Positions 51,430 to 63,390 of a stretch of 64,000 nt of DNA are shown here, piece by piece; the first letter of the stretch is position 1; each line of letters begins with the position of its first letter. Below the pieces are notes generated by a model, which was given only the letters and a program-made list of their open reading frames with translations, did not search any database and had not been told where the DNA came from. Source of the DNA: an uncultured delta proteobacterium (GTDB taxonomy: Bacteria; Desulfobacterota; Desulfobacteria; Desulfobacterales; QNYZ01); assembly GCA_963845145.1 (NCBI GenBank), contig CAWJQU010000004.1, positions 1 through 64,000 on the forward strand, in the 5' to 3' direction. A program made the position numbers and the translations under genes.

Positions 51430-51684
51430 TCTGTTTTTAGATTATGTCTGTACGTAACGATATTCTATGTCGTCGCGGTGATGAAAGTATCGAAGTCACA
51501 AGTGTATAGGTTAGATCACAATTTAGCTATAACTTAAATGATTGTTGGCCTTTTTAATGAATGTGAATTATTTAGTCAAACGGGTCGGTTCAACACTGTT
51601 GTTAAATTATCCGCGCTGAAACAAAACATTCGGTCGTGGGCGAGAAGCTGGATGGTTGCTGCTCGAGCGGCATTGAACCTTTAC

Positions 51685-51729
51685 TTGACATGCCATTGGG
51701 ATCATGTTAAAATGACTGAGCGCTCGTTC
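51685..51729 (+). promoter_or_regulatory. sigma70 promoter plus identical TetR-type operator
   Basis: TTGACA-17-TAAAAT with extended TG, then GACTGAGCGCTCGTTC at 51714..51729. Confidence 0.8.
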
Positions 51730-51754
51730 GGAATTTTAACAGGACCTTTTATCT

Positions 51755-52402
51755 ATGAATTTTTCGTCGGATATCCACAAAAACGGAACGAATGATATCC
51801 CCACCCAGGTTAAAAACCCGGAGTTGGTAGAACGTCGTCGACGACAGATAATCGATGCCGCCGTCAAATTGTTTACGGCTAAGGGTTTTCATAAAACCAC
51901 CACCCGGCAGATCGCCTCGGCAGTCGGGTTTTCCATAGGCTCGCTTTACGAATATGTCGCCTCCAAAGAAGACATCCTATACCTGGTCTGCGATTCCATT
52001 CATAGTCAGGTGGAACGTCTGGTGGGCGAAGGCATGAACCGTGCGGGCGCCGGTCGCAATGTTTTGGTGAAAATTCTAAGGGAATACTTTCTGGTATGTC
52101 ATCGCATGAGCGATGTGATTCTGTTGATCTATCAGGAAACACGTTCCCTGCCGCCCCAATGGCAAAAGCGAGTGCTGGAAAACGAGCTCAGAATCACCGG
52201 CCTGTTTGTCGAAGTGTTGGCTCGCCTGAAGGCCGATGGTGACTTATCTCACCTTGATGATCGCGATATTGAGTTGGCCGCCCATAATATATCTGTATTG
52301 GGGCATATGTGGACGTTTCGGCGCTGGTTTTTCGGCCGGCACTATTCCATCGAAGAGTATATTGACCGGCAAACATCTTTCGTTTTAAGGATTATCGGAT
52401 AA
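51755..52402 (+). CDS. TetR-family regulator
   Basis: [22 protein letters not shown]...G.S.GSLYEY..SKEDIL. Confidence 0.93.
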   Translation: MNFSSDIHKNGTNDIPTQVKNPELVERRRRQIIDAAVKLFTAKGFHKTTTRQIASAVGFSIGSLYEYVASKEDILYLVCDSIHSQVERLVGEGMNRAGAGRNVLVKILREYFLVCHRMSDVILLIYQETRSLPPQWQKRVLENELRITGLFVEVLARLKADGDLSHLDDRDIELAAHNISVLGHMWTFRRWFFGRHYSIEEYIDRQTSFVLRIIG

Positions 52403-52416
52403 CGGGAGGAAAAAAT

Positions 52417-55400
52417 ATGGACGATGGCGTTAACGCCTACCACCCGAAAAACCCTGTTCGCGTGGTAACGGCTACATCCCTGTTCGACGGCCATGATGCC
52501 GCCATTAATATCATGCGCCGCATTCTTCAGAGTACCGGTGTGGAAGTGATCCATTTGGCTCATAACCGGTCCGTTCGCCAGATCGTTACCGCTGCCATCG
52601 AGGAAGACGCTCAAGGCATCGCCGTTTCCTGTTATCAAGGGGGACACGTCGAATTTTTCAAATATATGGTGGATCTGCTCAAGCAAAACGGGGCCGGGCA
52701 TATCAAGGTTTTCGGTGGTGGTGGCGGTGTGATCGTTCCCGAGGAGATTAAGGCGCTTGAAACTTACGGCGTTGCCAAGATTTACTCTCCCGAAGACGGT
52801 GCACGGTTGGGTTTACAGGGAATTATCAATCATCTGGTAAAAGAGATTGATTCCCCGCGAGTGTCCGATTTCGGTCCCGATTTCGATCGGGATTTAACCG
52901 ATTTGTCGCACGAAAACAAACCGGCTGTGGCAAGTTGGATCACCGCCGTGGAGACGGCCGGGGCTGGTGAGGATGGACGCTTGGAAAGCCTTAGGGCCGC
53001 TTTGAAATCCAAGATAGGGGATCGGAAAGTACCGGTCATCGGTATGACCGGGACCGGTGGCGCAGGTAAGTCTTCCTTGACCGACGAACTCATCTTACGG
53101 TTGCTTCACGATCAGGAATCGCTTCATTTGGCAATCATCAGTTGCGATCCCACCCGAAGAAAAACCGGCGGCGCCCTGCTTGGGGATCGAATTCGCATGA
53201 ATGCCATCGACCATCCCCGCGTCTACATGCGCTCATTGGCGACTCGAGCATCGCACACCGAGTTGCCCGCCACTCTACCGGATGCCATTGCAGTGGCCAA
53301 AGCTGCCGGGTTTGACCTGATCATTGCAGAAACTGCCGGTATCGGCCAGGGCGATTCCCTTATCGTCGACCAGTCCGACGTATCGGTTTATGTCATGACG
53401 AGTGAGTTTGGTGCAGCGTCCCAGTTGGAAAAGATCGATATGCTCGATTTTGCCGATTTGGTCGTGGTGAACAAATTCGAAAAACGCGGCAGTGAAGATG
53501 CCCTGCGCGATGTTCGTAAGCAGGTGCAGCGCAACCGTCAGGCCTTTGGGCAGCATGCGGATGAAATGCCGGTATACGGCACCATTGCTTCAAAATTCAA
53601 TGACGACGGCGTCACCGCGCTCTATCACGGCATTTTAGATGCTATTGCAGCGAAAACAGGGGTTTCTTTCAAAACATCCCTTCCGCGAGGCGAGGAACGC
53701 CATTCCAGTTCCATGACGATCATTATTCCTCCTGAACGAACACGATATTTGGCGGAAATCGCTGAAACGGTTCGTGGTTATCACGATCACACTGAAGCTC
53801 AGGCCGGGCATCTTCGGCAAACCTGGCATTTGCAAGCGAGTATCGAGGCACTGGAAAAAACTTTCATCGATCAAAAAACTGAACTGGTTGAAGCGCTGCG
53901 CGAAGAATGGAAAACGGCTGATCGGCGGCTGGACCCGGAAACCCGGGACCTGACCGACGCGTGGCCGAAACTAAAAGCGCGGTACAATCGTGATGCGTTG
54001 GTGTATCACGTCCGCGACCAGGAGATTCGGGTCCCCTTGTTCACCACCTCTCTTTCCCACAATAAGATTCCCAAGGTGGTTTTACCCGGTTTCAAAGATC
54101 CGGGGGAGATCTATCGATGGCAGCGCCGGGAGAATCTTCCGGGATTTTTTCCTTATACGGCCGGGGTTTTTCCCTTGAAAAGAGAGGGCGAAGAACCGAC
54201 CCGTATGTTTGCCGGGGAGGGCGACCCGGCCCGGACCAATCGACGGTTTAAAATGCTCTCGGCCGACTATGATGCCAAACGGCTCTCCACGGCTTTTGAT
54301 TCGGTGACCCTTTACGGACAAGATCCTGATCGACAACCCGACATCTACGGCAAGGTCGGCACCTCCGGCGTCAGTATCTGTACCCTGGATGACATGAAGG
54401 TGCTCTACGATGGATTCGACCTGTGTGCACCCAATACGTCTGTATCCATGACCATTAACGGGCCGGCGCCCATTATGCTGGCCATGTTTTTAAATACAGC
54501 TATCGATCAAAAAACGGATGCCTTTCGAACGGAAACCGGTCGACAACCCACCGATGAGGAATACCAAAAGATCCGGGAAAAGGCGCTGGCCACGGTTCGC
54601 GGTACGGTTCAGGCCGATATTCTCAAAGAAGATCAGGGACAGAACACCTGTATTTTTTCCATCGAATTCGCTCTGAAAATGATGGGGGATATTCAGCAAT
54701 ATTTCATCGATCACGATGTGCGTAATTTTTATTCGGTATCCATCTCGGGCTACCATATCGCCGAAGCGGGCGCCAATCCCATCAGTCAACTGGCGTTCAC
54801 CCTGGCCAATGGGTTTACCTATGTGGAGTACTACCTGTCCCGGGGGATGCCGGTGGATCATTTCGGTCCCAATCTCTCCTTTTTCTTCTCCAATGGTATG
54901 GATCCCGAGTATACCGTCATCGGACGGGTGGCGCGTCGTATTTGGGCCGTTGCCATGCGGGATAAATACGGGGCTGGCACGCGGGCTCAGATGTTGAAAT
55001 ATCATATCCAAACTTCGGGAAGATCGCTGCATAGTCAAGATATTCAATTCAACGACGTTCGCACCACACTGCAGGCCCTGTGTGCCGTTTACGACAATTG
55101 CCAGAGTTTGCATACCAATGCCTTTGACGAAGCCATCACCACGCCGAGTGCCGAATCGGTACGCCGGGCGCTGGCCATTCAGATGATTATTAACCGGGAA
55201 TGGGGCCTGTCCAAAAGCGAAAACCCGCTTCAGGGGAGCTTTATTGTGGACACGCTTACCGACCTGGTGGAGGAAGCCGTGTTGCTGGAATTCGACCGTA
55301 TCGCTGCGCGGGGTGGTGTTCTTGGCGCCATGGAGACCGGGTATCAGCGTGGGAAAATTCAGGAAGAGTCGATTTACTACGAAACCCAAAAGCATACGGG

Positions 55401-55710
55401 AAAACTGCCCATTGTCGGGGTTAACACCTTTCGTGATCCCCACGGTGGCGATGAGTTGAGTGAAGATCATTTTGAACTTGAGCTGGCCCGGGCCACTACG
55501 GAGGAAAAAGAGTCCCAGCTCAGCCGTTTGGCTGATTTTCGTGAACAATACGAGCAAAAGGCGCCCGGTGCGTTGGCACGGTTGCAAAAGGCAGCCCTTT
55601 CCCAAAATAATATTTTTGCGGAATTAATGGAAACCGTCCGGTTTTGCTCATTGGGACAGATTACAAAAGCTTTGTATGACGTAGGTGGGCAGTATCGACG
55701 AAATATGTAG
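52417..55710 (+). CDS. icmF: Fused isobutyryl-CoA mutase / MeaB GTPase
   Basis: N-terminal B12 domain (FDGHD), GTGGAGKSS GTPase, mutase domain ([26 protein letters not shown]), ends GQYRRNM. Confidence 0.95.
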   Translation: MDDGVNAYHPKNPVRVVTATSLFDGHDAAINIMRRILQSTGVEVIHLAHNRSVRQIVTAAIEEDAQGIAVSCYQGGHVEFFKYMVDLLKQNGAGHIKVFGGGGGVIVPEEIKALETYGVAKIYSPEDGARLGLQGIINHLVKEIDSPRVSDFGPDFDRDLTDLSHENKPAVASWITAVETAGAGEDGRLESLRAALKSKIGDRKVPVIGMTGTGGAGKSSLTDELILRLLHDQESLHLAIISCDPTRRKTGGALLGDRIRMNAIDHPRVYMRSLATRASHTELPATLPDAIAVAKAAGFDLIIAETAGIGQGDSLIVDQSDVSVYVMTSEFGAASQLEKIDMLDFADLVVVNKFEKRGSEDALRDVRKQVQRNRQAFGQHADEMPVYGTIASKFNDDGVTALYHGILDAIAAKTGVSFKTSLPRGEERHSSSMTIIIPPERTRYLAEIAETVRGYHDHTEAQAGHLRQTWHLQASIEALEKTFIDQKTELVEALREEWKTADRRLDPETRDLTDAWPKLKARYNRDALVYHVRDQEIRVPLFTTSLSHNKIPKVVLPGFKDPGEIYRWQRRENLPGFFPYTAGVFPLKREGEEPTRMFAGEGDPARTNRRFKMLSADYDAKRLSTAFDSVTLYGQDPDRQPDIYGKVGTSGVSICTLDDMKVLYDGFDLCAPNTSVSMTINGPAPIMLAMFLNTAIDQKTDAFRTETGRQPTDEEYQKIREKALATVRGTVQADILKEDQGQNTCIFSIEFALKMMGDIQQYFIDHDVRNFYSVSISGYHIAEAGANPISQLAFTLANGFTYVEYYLSRGMPVDHFGPNLSFFFSNGMDPEYTVIGRVARRIWAVAMRDKYGAGTRAQMLKYHIQTSGRSLHSQDIQFNDVRTTLQALCAVYDNCQSLHTNAFDEAITTPSAESVRRALAIQMIINREWGLSKSENPLQGSFIVDTLTDLVEEAVLLEFDRIAARGGVLGAMETGYQRGKIQEESIYYETQKHTGKLPIVGVNTFRDPHGGDELSEDHFELELARATTEEKESQLSRLADFREQYEQKAPGALARLQKAALSQNNIFAELMETVRFCSLGQITKALYDVGGQYRRNM

Positions 55711-55712
55711 AT

Positions 55713-55751
55713 CGGTTTGCCGGTTTGACGGTTAGTCGGTTGACCCGTTGA
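55713..55751 (+). repeat. Short degenerate octamer array (CGGTTTGC)
   Basis: cggtttgccggtttgacggttagtcggttgacccgttg; reverse complement of the 57061 array. Confidence 0.6.
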
Positions 55752-55794
55752 GTCCGTGTCGCGTTTGGATATAATCCGTGGATCATCACTGGGT

Positions 55795-55819
55795 GTAGGG
55801 GCAGCCTTTATGGCTGCCC
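55795..55819 (+). repeat. GTAG-type REP-like palindrome
   Basis: GTAG-GGGCAGCC-TTTAT-GGCTGCCC. Confidence 0.55.
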
Positions 55820-55869
55820 GGAATATATGAATAAACCATATTAGAGTAAATCAAAAAGGAGAAAATCAT

Positions 55870-57045
55870 ATGCGTGAAGCAGTTATTGTCAGTGCGGTAC
55901 GAACACCGTTGGGTAATTTTAACGGCACCCTGAGCCCCCTGGGGGCCACGGATCTGGGCGGAATTGCCATAAAGGCCGCTGTGGAGCGGGCCGGTATCGC
56001 TCCGGAAACGGTCAATGAAGTCATTATGGGGCAGGTCCTACCTTGCGGGAGCGGTCAGAATCCGGCCAAGCAAGCGGCTGTCAAGGCCGGTATGCCCTGG
56101 GAAGTAGAGTGTTTTACGGTCAACAAGGTTTGCGGATCTGCCTTAAAGACCGTGATGCTGGCCGCCCAGGCGGTTCAGACGGGTGATGCCGATGTGGTTG
56201 TCGCTGGTGGTATGGAAAGTATGAGCCAGACACCCTTCTACTTAGAAAAGGCCCGGTTTGGATATCGTATGGGCACGGGCGAACTATTGGATCACATGAT
56301 TCATGACGGCCTTTGGGATATTGTCAATGATTTCCATATGGGCATTTCCAATGAACTCTGTTCTGAAAAGTACGGTATAACGCGTGAAGATCAAGACCGG
56401 TATGCGGCGGAATCATACCGGCGCACATTGACGGCCATATCCGATGGCCGTTTTTCCGATGAAATTATCCCAGTGGACATTCCCAGACGCAAAAAAGATC
56501 CACTCAAATTCGACCGGGATGAATGCCCCCGTGATACCGACTACGACGCTTTGTCCAAAATGAAGCCGGCCTTCAAAAAGGGCGGCGTGACAACCGCGGG
56601 CAACGCCTCAATCATCAGTGATGGTGCCGCTGCCGTCGTCGTCATGGCGAGGGAGAAAGCAGAAGAGCTGGGATGTGAAATCATGGCCAGCATCGGTGCC
56701 CAGGCATCCTACGGCATCGACATGAAGTACGTCCTGGTGGCCCCGATTTGGGCTGTTCCTAAATGTATTCAAAAAGAGGGGCTCGATATCGGAGCGATCG
56801 ACCTTTTCGAGATCAACGAAGCTTTCAGCGGTTCCACTGCTGCGGTTTTAAAGGAGCTTGAGCTCGATTCCGCCAAGGTGAATGTCAATGGTGGTAGCGT
56901 GGCCCTGGGCCATCCCATCGGTGCCAGCGGTTGTCGGGTGCTGGTAACCTTATTGTATGAGATGATCCGTCAAGACAAAAAAACCGGACTGGCCTCGTTG
57001 TGCCTGGGCGGCGGTGAAGCTGTGGCGATGATCGTAAAACGATAA
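55870..57045 (+). CDS. Acetyl-CoA acetyltransferase (thiolase)
   Basis: NKVCGS, NEAF, GHPIGASG, CLGGG. Confidence 0.95.
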   Translation: MREAVIVSAVRTPLGNFNGTLSPLGATDLGGIAIKAAVERAGIAPETVNEVIMGQVLPCGSGQNPAKQAAVKAGMPWEVECFTVNKVCGSALKTVMLAAQAVQTGDADVVVAGGMESMSQTPFYLEKARFGYRMGTGELLDHMIHDGLWDIVNDFHMGISNELCSEKYGITREDQDRYAAESYRRTLTAISDGRFSDEIIPVDIPRRKKDPLKFDRDECPRDTDYDALSKMKPAFKKGGVTTAGNASIISDGAAAVVVMAREKAEELGCEIMASIGAQASYGIDMKYVLVAPIWAVPKCIQKEGLDIGAIDLFEINEAFSGSTAAVLKELELDSAKVNVNGGSVALGHPIGASGCRVLVTLLYEMIRQDKKTGLASLCLGGGEAVAMIVKR

Positions 57046-57060
57046 ATAGCTTTCATATTA

Positions 57061-57160
57061 CCGGCCAACTGGCCAACTAACCGGCCAACCGGCCAACCGG
57101 CCAACCGGCAAACGGGCCAACCGGCAAACGGGCCAACGGGCAAACAGACAAACCGGCAAG
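57061..57160 (+). repeat. Octamer tandem array (CCGGCCAA/CGGGCAAA)
   Basis: About a dozen degenerate units in the thiolase-hbd spacer. Confidence 0.85.
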
Positions 57161-57173
57161 CGGAAATAAAGGA

Positions 57174-58028
<855 letters not shown>

Positions 58029-58113
58029 CCCAACACTTACTAACCATTATAGCGTTCTTAATCAGATGCTAAGACGCTGATACCAAGGCGTTGAAGGCAA
58101 AAAAGGAGGCGAA

Positions 58114-58665
58114 GTGGCTCCCAAAAAAAAAGAATCCATGATGCCGGTCGGTAAAAAGATTCGACAGGCGCGACTGGCCAAAAAGCTGTTGTTGGAAAAT
58201 CTGGCCAATGAAACGGGCTTATCCATTGATTACATCAAACAGATCGAATCCGGAAAAAAGATACCGCCCGTGGGGACGTTGTTGCAACTATCCCGTGCCC
58301 TGCAGATCGATTCGAGTTTTTTACTAAAGGAGCAAAAGGCGACACTTAACAAACGGGTGAAAGCCTACACCAAAAGGACCGATAATTACGCTTATGACAC
58401 CCTGACTCCCGGCGCTGAAAACAAACATTTAAAGGCTTTTCGAGTCACCATCGAACCCATGTCGGAGCATTCGGGCGTGGGGTACCATCATGAAGGTGAA
58501 GAGTTCGTCTACGTTCTCAATGGCAACATTGAAATAACCGTTGGCGAACATGTCAACCGGCTTCAAAAGGATGACTCGCTTCATTTTAATTCCGGCATTC
58601 AGCACAATATGCGCAACACAGGGAAAGAAGAGGCCATGTTGATCGTGGTGATTTATAATGTCTAA
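58114..58665 (+). CDS. XRE HTH-cupin regulator
   Basis: N-terminal HTH; HEGEEFVYVL.G...GD-like SLHF.S...H. Confidence 0.9.
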   Translation: MAPKKKESMMPVGKKIRQARLAKKLLLENLANETGLSIDYIKQIESGKKIPPVGTLLQLSRALQIDSSFLLKEQKATLNKRVKAYTKRTDNYAYDTLTPGAENKHLKAFRVTIEPMSEHSGVGYHHEGEEFVYVLNGNIEITVGEHVNRLQKDDSLHFNSGIQHNMRNTGKEEAMLIVVIYNV

Positions 58666-58710
58666 GACACGCAACATCCGTCCAACATTGCGTTTAATGG
58701 AGTGTAATCG

Positions 58711-59868
58711 ATGTTATTCAAACTGACCGACGAACAGTTGATGATTCAATCCATGGCGAGGGAATTTGCCCGCAAGGAGATTGCCCCCACTGCCGCGGAG
58801 CGGGATCGTTCCAAGGAATTTCCATCCGAAAATCTGAGGAAAATGGGAGAGCTTGGTTTTCTGGGCATGATGACGCCGGTGGAATACGATGGTGGCGGTG
58901 CGGACTCTATCAGCTATATATTGGCCCTATCGGAAATCGCCGCGGCCTGTGCCTCTACGGCCGTGGTAATGTCCGTTCACAATTCCATTGTTTGTGAAAG
59001 TATCAATCGCTATGGGACCGAGGCACAAAAACAAAAATACCTACCCGTGTTGGCCCGGGGTGAAATTATCGGTGCCTTTGCCCTCACCGAGCCACACGCC
59101 GGGTCCGATCCGGTTATGCAGAGTGCCAGAGCCCAGCGGGACGGGGATGCGTATATCTTAAACGGTACCAAGCGGTTTATCACCACGGGCCGCAATTCCG
59201 GGCTGGTGATCGTCACGGCAAAAACTGCGCCGGACGAAGGCCATAAGGGGATAAGCGCATTTTTGGTGGAGAAGGGCTTCCCCGGAATTAGTGTGGGTCG
59301 TGAAGAAGACAAAATGGGGCTCAGGGCTTCGGATACCACCGATCTTATTTTTGAAGAGTGTCGGATACCCTTAGAGAACAGGCTCGGGGAGGAAGGTGAG
59401 GGGTTTAAGATTTCCATGACGGCTCTGGACGGCGGACGCATCGGTATTGCCGCGCAGTCGCTAGGCGTGGCCCAGGCGGCCATGGATGCAGCGGTGAACT
59501 ATGCCAAAACCAGGGAACAGTTTGGTCGGAAAATATCGAAATTTCAGGGGTTGCGGTGGATGGTGGCCGACATGGCCACCCAGATCGAAGCCGCCCGGCA
59601 GCTTACCCTTTCGGCGGCGGCCATGAAGATCCGGGGTGAAAAATTTTCGGCTCAGGCGTCCATGGCCAAGCTTTTTGCCTCGGAGATGGTCAATCGGATC
59701 ACAGCCCAGGCTCTGCAGATCCATGGCGGATACGGATTTACCAAGGAGTACGATGTGGAACGGTATTATCGGGATGCGCGTGTGTTTACAATCTATGAAG
59801 GAACATCTGAAATACAGCGCGTGGTCATCTCCAATCATATTTTTAAAGACAAGCGCAAGACTCATTGA
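58711..59868 (+). CDS. Acyl-CoA dehydrogenase (butyryl-CoA type)
   Basis: FALTEP.AGSD, KMGLRAS, R.QFG, HGGYG, IYEGTSEIQR. Confidence 0.93.
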   Translation: MLFKLTDEQLMIQSMAREFARKEIAPTAAERDRSKEFPSENLRKMGELGFLGMMTPVEYDGGGADSISYILALSEIAAACASTAVVMSVHNSIVCESINRYGTEAQKQKYLPVLARGEIIGAFALTEPHAGSDPVMQSARAQRDGDAYILNGTKRFITTGRNSGLVIVTAKTAPDEGHKGISAFLVEKGFPGISVGREEDKMGLRASDTTDLIFEECRIPLENRLGEEGEGFKISMTALDGGRIGIAAQSLGVAQAAMDAAVNYAKTREQFGRKISKFQGLRWMVADMATQIEAARQLTLSAAAMKIRGEKFSAQASMAKLFASEMVNRITAQALQIHGGYGFTKEYDVERYYRDARVFTIYEGTSEIQRVVISNHIFKDKRKTH

Positions 59869-59889
59869 CATCTATGTGATCTCTCTGTT

Positions 59890-60031
59890 GAGCCAATTTC
59901 AAAACGGCCCAGTTTGCCCAATCTCTGCGTCTGGCTCAAATTTTAATCCTCGAAATACCCAATGTATTCCTCTGATTAAAATTTACGCCATCCTTGACCT
60001 TGAACAAACTGAAACGTTTTGAAAATGGCTC
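59890..60031. mobile_element. MITE copy 2
   Basis: Same TIRs as copy 1; 4-bp target duplication TGTT. Confidence 0.8.
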
Positions 60032-60091
60032 TGTTGATTTGACAATGGTCAAAGGCGCGTTTATTTTCAGATGAAAAAAGGATGAATAGCG

Positions 60092-60976
60092 ATGTTTGTC
60101 GCACCACCATCACCCTATCTGGTTCCGTTCAACGGAAAATTCAAACACACCCATTTCTCAACGCATCCGCCTGATAAGGGCGTCAAGAAAAAAAAGCTGA
60201 AAAACCGGCTTAAAGAATGCACAGAGGAACTGGCGGAACTTCAGAAAGTGCTGTACGCTCATGACCGGTATTCACTTCTGTTGATTTTTCAGGCCATGGA
60301 TGCCGGCGGAAAAGACTCTACGATTCGCGCTGTGATGAGCGGCGTGAATCCTGCCGGCTGCCAGGTCTTTTCATTTAAACAGCCAAGCGCGGAAGCGCTG
60401 GACCATGATTTCCTGTGGCGTAGCAGTAGACGTCTGCCGGAACGGGGGCGGATTGGGATTTTTAACCGCAGCTATTATGAAGAAACGCTCGTGGTGCGGG
60501 TCCATCCGGAAATCCTGGCAGGGCAGCAACTGCCCGGGCCTGTTGATTTAAAAACGGTTTGGGGTGAGCGGTTTGAATCCATTCGGGATCATGAAAAACA
60601 TCTGGCCCGAAACGGTACGGTCATTCTTAAATTCTGGTTGAATGTATCACCGGAAGAACAGCGCCGGCGGTTTCTATCCCGCCTGGACGAGCCGGATAAA
60701 CATTGGAAGTTTTCGACGGCTGACTTAAAAGAGCGACGTTTGTGGCCAAAATATATGCAGGCGTATGAAGATGCGCTGGCGGAAACCTCTAAATCCTGGG
60801 CTCCCTGGTACGCCATCCCGGCGGATGATAAGCTGTTTATGCGGTTTACCGTAGCAAATCTGGTTGTAAAAGCATTGAAATCATTACCGCTAAAGTATCC
60901 GGAAGTAAAAAAACAGGATAAGGACCAATTTAACGATATGCGACGAAGGTTATTGGAAGATGATCTGGGTTCTTAA
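60092..60976 (+). CDS. ppk2: Polyphosphate kinase 2, class III-like
   Basis: FQAMDAGGKD, SFKQPS, HDFLWR, IFNRSYYE. Confidence 0.92.
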   Translation: MFVAPPSPYLVPFNGKFKHTHFSTHPPDKGVKKKKLKNRLKECTEELAELQKVLYAHDRYSLLLIFQAMDAGGKDSTIRAVMSGVNPAGCQVFSFKQPSAEALDHDFLWRSSRRLPERGRIGIFNRSYYEETLVVRVHPEILAGQQLPGPVDLKTVWGERFESIRDHEKHLARNGTVILKFWLNVSPEEQRRRFLSRLDEPDKHWKFSTADLKERRLWPKYMQAYEDALAETSKSWAPWYAIPADDKLFMRFTVANLVVKALKSLPLKYPEVKKQDKDQFNDMRRRLLEDDLGS

Positions 60977-61008
60977 TGTGCTTTTAGACAATTACGGGGA
61001 AAATAAAA

Positions 61009-61170
61009 ATGGGTAAGAAAGAGAAACGGCTGTGTAAATGGGACGGAAAGGCAATCGATAAACATTTCAAGACATTTGCCAAACTGGTAAAAAAGCCCAA
61101 ATACGTATGTAAAAAATGCGGGCGGGTAGCGGGGAAGAAAGTTTTACTACACAATCCCGTAAAGCTTTAA
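61009..61170 (+). CDS. Small basic Cys-containing protein (53 aa, not in ORF track)
   Basis: MGKKEKRLCKW...KPKYVCKKCGRVAGKKVLLHNPVKL; purine-rich RBS; fills the ppk2-sixA gap. Confidence 0.7.
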   Translation: MGKKEKRLCKWDGKAIDKHFKTFAKLVKKPKYVCKKCGRVAGKKVLLHNPVKL

Positions 61171-61187
61171 CGATCGTGTCGATCGCC

Positions 61188-61685
61188 ATGAAGACGCTTT
61201 ATCTAGTCCGGCATGCCAAATCTAGCTGGAAAGATCCACAGCTGGATGATTTCGAGCGACCGTTGAATAAACGAGGCCACAAAAACGCCCCGTTTATGGG
61301 GGCAACGCTCAAAAAAAGAGGCGTAATGCCGGACTTTATCATGGCCAGTCCGGCCAACCGGGCGGCAATGACCGCTCGGATTATTGCGGTTCAGATAGAC
61401 TACCCCCTTGAGGAAATTTTCTATGATGAATCCCTGTACGGTATAGGGGCCGGGGACACAATTGATCTAATAAAGGTAATTAATGACGATGTCAGCCGGC
61501 TGATGCTGGTGGGACATAATCCCGGGTTGACAAGCCTGGCCAATATGCTTGGCGATGATCCGGTGAGTAATATTCCTACCTGTGGGGTCTACGCCGTTAA
61601 CCTGGATATTTCTTCTTGGGAGAAGATGAACGACCGGTGTGGAAAAACGAAATTTTTCGAGTATCCGAAAAAATACACTTCATAA
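61188..61685 (+). CDS. sixA: SixA-like histidine phosphatase
   Basis: LVRHAKSSW, D..RPL..RG, SPA.RA, VGHNP. Confidence 0.88.
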   Translation: MKTLYLVRHAKSSWKDPQLDDFERPLNKRGHKNAPFMGATLKKRGVMPDFIMASPANRAAMTARIIAVQIDYPLEEIFYDESLYGIGAGDTIDLIKVINDDVSRLMLVGHNPGLTSLANMLGDDPVSNIPTCGVYAVNLDISSWEKMNDRCGKTKFFEYPKKYTS

Positions 61686-61802
61686 TCATATCATCATTCT
61701 GGGGTTACCCCTTAAGCGACTTGCTTTATTGTTTAAAAACTGTAACATAGTCCAGTAGTGGTTCAAAACGAAACCGATATGGTTTAAAAAAAGGGGGCCC
61801 TG

Positions 61803-61945
61803 ATGGCGAAAAAAAAGAAAGCCAAAGAAAAGAAGAAAGAGAAGCTAAAGAAGGCAAAGAAAAAGGCGCAGAAGAAACAAAAAAAGTTAAAAAAAAAGCC
61901 AAATTAAAAAAAGATAAGAAAAAGCATAAAAAAGGTAAAAAATAG
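61803..61945 (+). CDS. Very Lys-rich small protein (34 aa as read; 47 aa if one A is added in the A-run near 61890)
   Basis: GGGGG RBS; MAKKKKAKEKKKEKLKKAKKKAQKKQKKL..., Lys-rich frame resumes to TAG at 61945. Confidence 0.55.
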
Positions 61946-61963
61946 AAGGTGCACAGGGATTTG

Positions 61964-62002
61964 TGGGGCGATCTAACTTTTGCGAAATAAAAGATCGCCC
62001 CC
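61964..62002. terminator. Hairpin between convergent genes
   Basis: GGGGCGATCT...AGATCGCCCC. Confidence 0.6.
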
Positions 62003-62041
62003 CTCTATTTTAGTCTGCGGCTAAGGTTTTCTGAACTTCCA

Positions 62042-62338
62042 TCATGTGTGCACAATCGGCTCAAAGACCTCATAAAAAGTCCTCTCGCCAATAATGGAAT
62101 CGATCTGGCCCTGAATACTCCTCCTTTCTTGACTGCTAAACCATTTCTCCCAGTCCGCGGCTGTTTGCCATTTGCTGACTACCATGTAATCCTCGGGGTG
62201 GTTTATACTCCTTAAGGTTTCACTGGTGAGGTAGCCGGGTTGTTTTTTGGCAATATCACGTAGCTGGGTTAAGAGAGGCATCAATTTTTCCGGGTCATTC
62301 ATTGCGAATTTACGTTTTATGATAACCTGAACCGACAT
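62042..62338 (-). CDS. ABM (antibiotic biosynthesis monooxygenase)-domain protein
   Basis: A..QPGY..SETL......YMV.S.W....W..W..S.ER. Confidence 0.85.
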   Translation of the reverse strand: MSVQVIIKRKFAMNDPEKLMPLLTQLRDIAKKQPGYLTSETLRSINHPEDYMVVSKWQTAADWEKWFSSQERRSIQGQIDSIIGERTFYEVFEPIVHT

Positions 62339-62389
62339 ATGATCCTCCTTTCGAAAAAGTATATGGCGTTACAACAGGGTTTACCCTAC

Positions 62390-63328
62390 TTATCCGGGCA
62401 ATTCGAGAGGGGTTAACAAGCCCTCCTCCATCAACCTGATTTCATCGATTCCCGACACCACAATCTCCGGATCCGTTTTGAGTTTCTTTGCATCTATCTT
62501 ATCTTTGTAGTCTATTTGTGAAAGAATAAACTTGATGCAGTTTAATCGCGCCAGTTTTTTATTATCCGATCGAATAATCGTCCAGGGTGCCAGGGTGCGG
62601 TTGGTTTCGTTAAGCATCTGAAACTTGCGGACCGTGTAATCGTCCCACTTGTCTTGGGCCATTCGGTCCACCGGTGATATTTTATATTGTTTGAGCAGGT
62701 CGGTCTCTCGTGAATCAAACCGTCGGAGTTGTTCATTTTTGGAAACAGAAAAGAAAAATTTGAATAATCGGATGCCATCTTTAACCAGCATCTCTTCAAG
62801 ATAGGGCACATCTTTCAAAAATCGTTTGTTCTGCTCATCGGTACAAAACCCCATCACCGGCTCGACCATGGCGCGGTTGTACCAGCTGCGATCGAAGAGT
62901 ACCATTTCCCCATCTGCCGGTAGGTGTTGCATATAACGTTGGAAGTACCACTGGGTACGTTCGGTATCGCTGGGTGTGAGCAAGGCTACCACTCGGGTGC
63001 CGCGCGGATTGAGGTGCTCGATGATTCGCTTGATGGTTCCCCCTTTTCCTGCGGCATCACGGCCTTCAAATAGGAGGAGCAGGCGGCGGCCCTTTCGTTT
63101 CACATGTTTTTGCATCTTTAATAGCTCGATTTGGAGTCTGCGAAGCTCCTCCTCGTAGGACAATGTAAATTTTTTAACCCATACGGCCTGGCGTTTATTC
63201 GACTTTTTCTTGTCCACGTTCTTAAAGGCCGTGTGTTCGATCAATTTTTTCTTTAGCTTCTTTTTGTTGGCCGAATCATTCGGTTTCTTTGTTTTTGAAA
63301 TTTTATCGCTATGTTTAGGCATTGGCAC
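62390..63328 (-). CDS. ppk2: Polyphosphate kinase 2, class I-like
   Basis: FEGRDAAGKGG, QWYFQRY, FDRSWYNR; Lys-rich N-terminus. Confidence 0.93.
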   Translation of the reverse strand: MPMPKHSDKISKTKKPNDSANKKKLKKKLIEHTAFKNVDKKKSNKRQAVWVKKFTLSYEEELRRLQIELLKMQKHVKRKGRRLLLLFEGRDAAGKGGTIKRIIEHLNPRGTRVVALLTPSDTERTQWYFQRYMQHLPADGEMVLFDRSWYNRAMVEPVMGFCTDEQNKRFLKDVPYLEEMLVKDGIRLFKFFFSVSKNEQLRRFDSRETDLLKQYKISPVDRMAQDKWDDYTVRKFQMLNETNRTLAPWTIIRSDNKKLARLNCIKFILSQIDYKDKIDAKKLKTDPEIVVSGIDEIRLMEEGLLTPLELPG

Positions 63329-63390
63329 CTCCCATGAAAAAAGAATCTAAAGCAAATGAATTGTTATCCTAAATTGTCTGAAATAAACGG

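Noticed and set aside
51430..52416. Cobalamin riboswitch upstream of icmF; tRNA/rRNA anywhere in the window
   Set aside because: No B12-box or tRNA/rRNA signature recognised by eye; an Rfam/tRNAscan search would be decisive.
54490..55605. 371-aa antisense ORF, and similar shadow ORFs (e.g. 56970..57686, 17486..18148, 34585..35208)
   Set aside because: Antisense to well-conserved genes, with no recognisable motifs.
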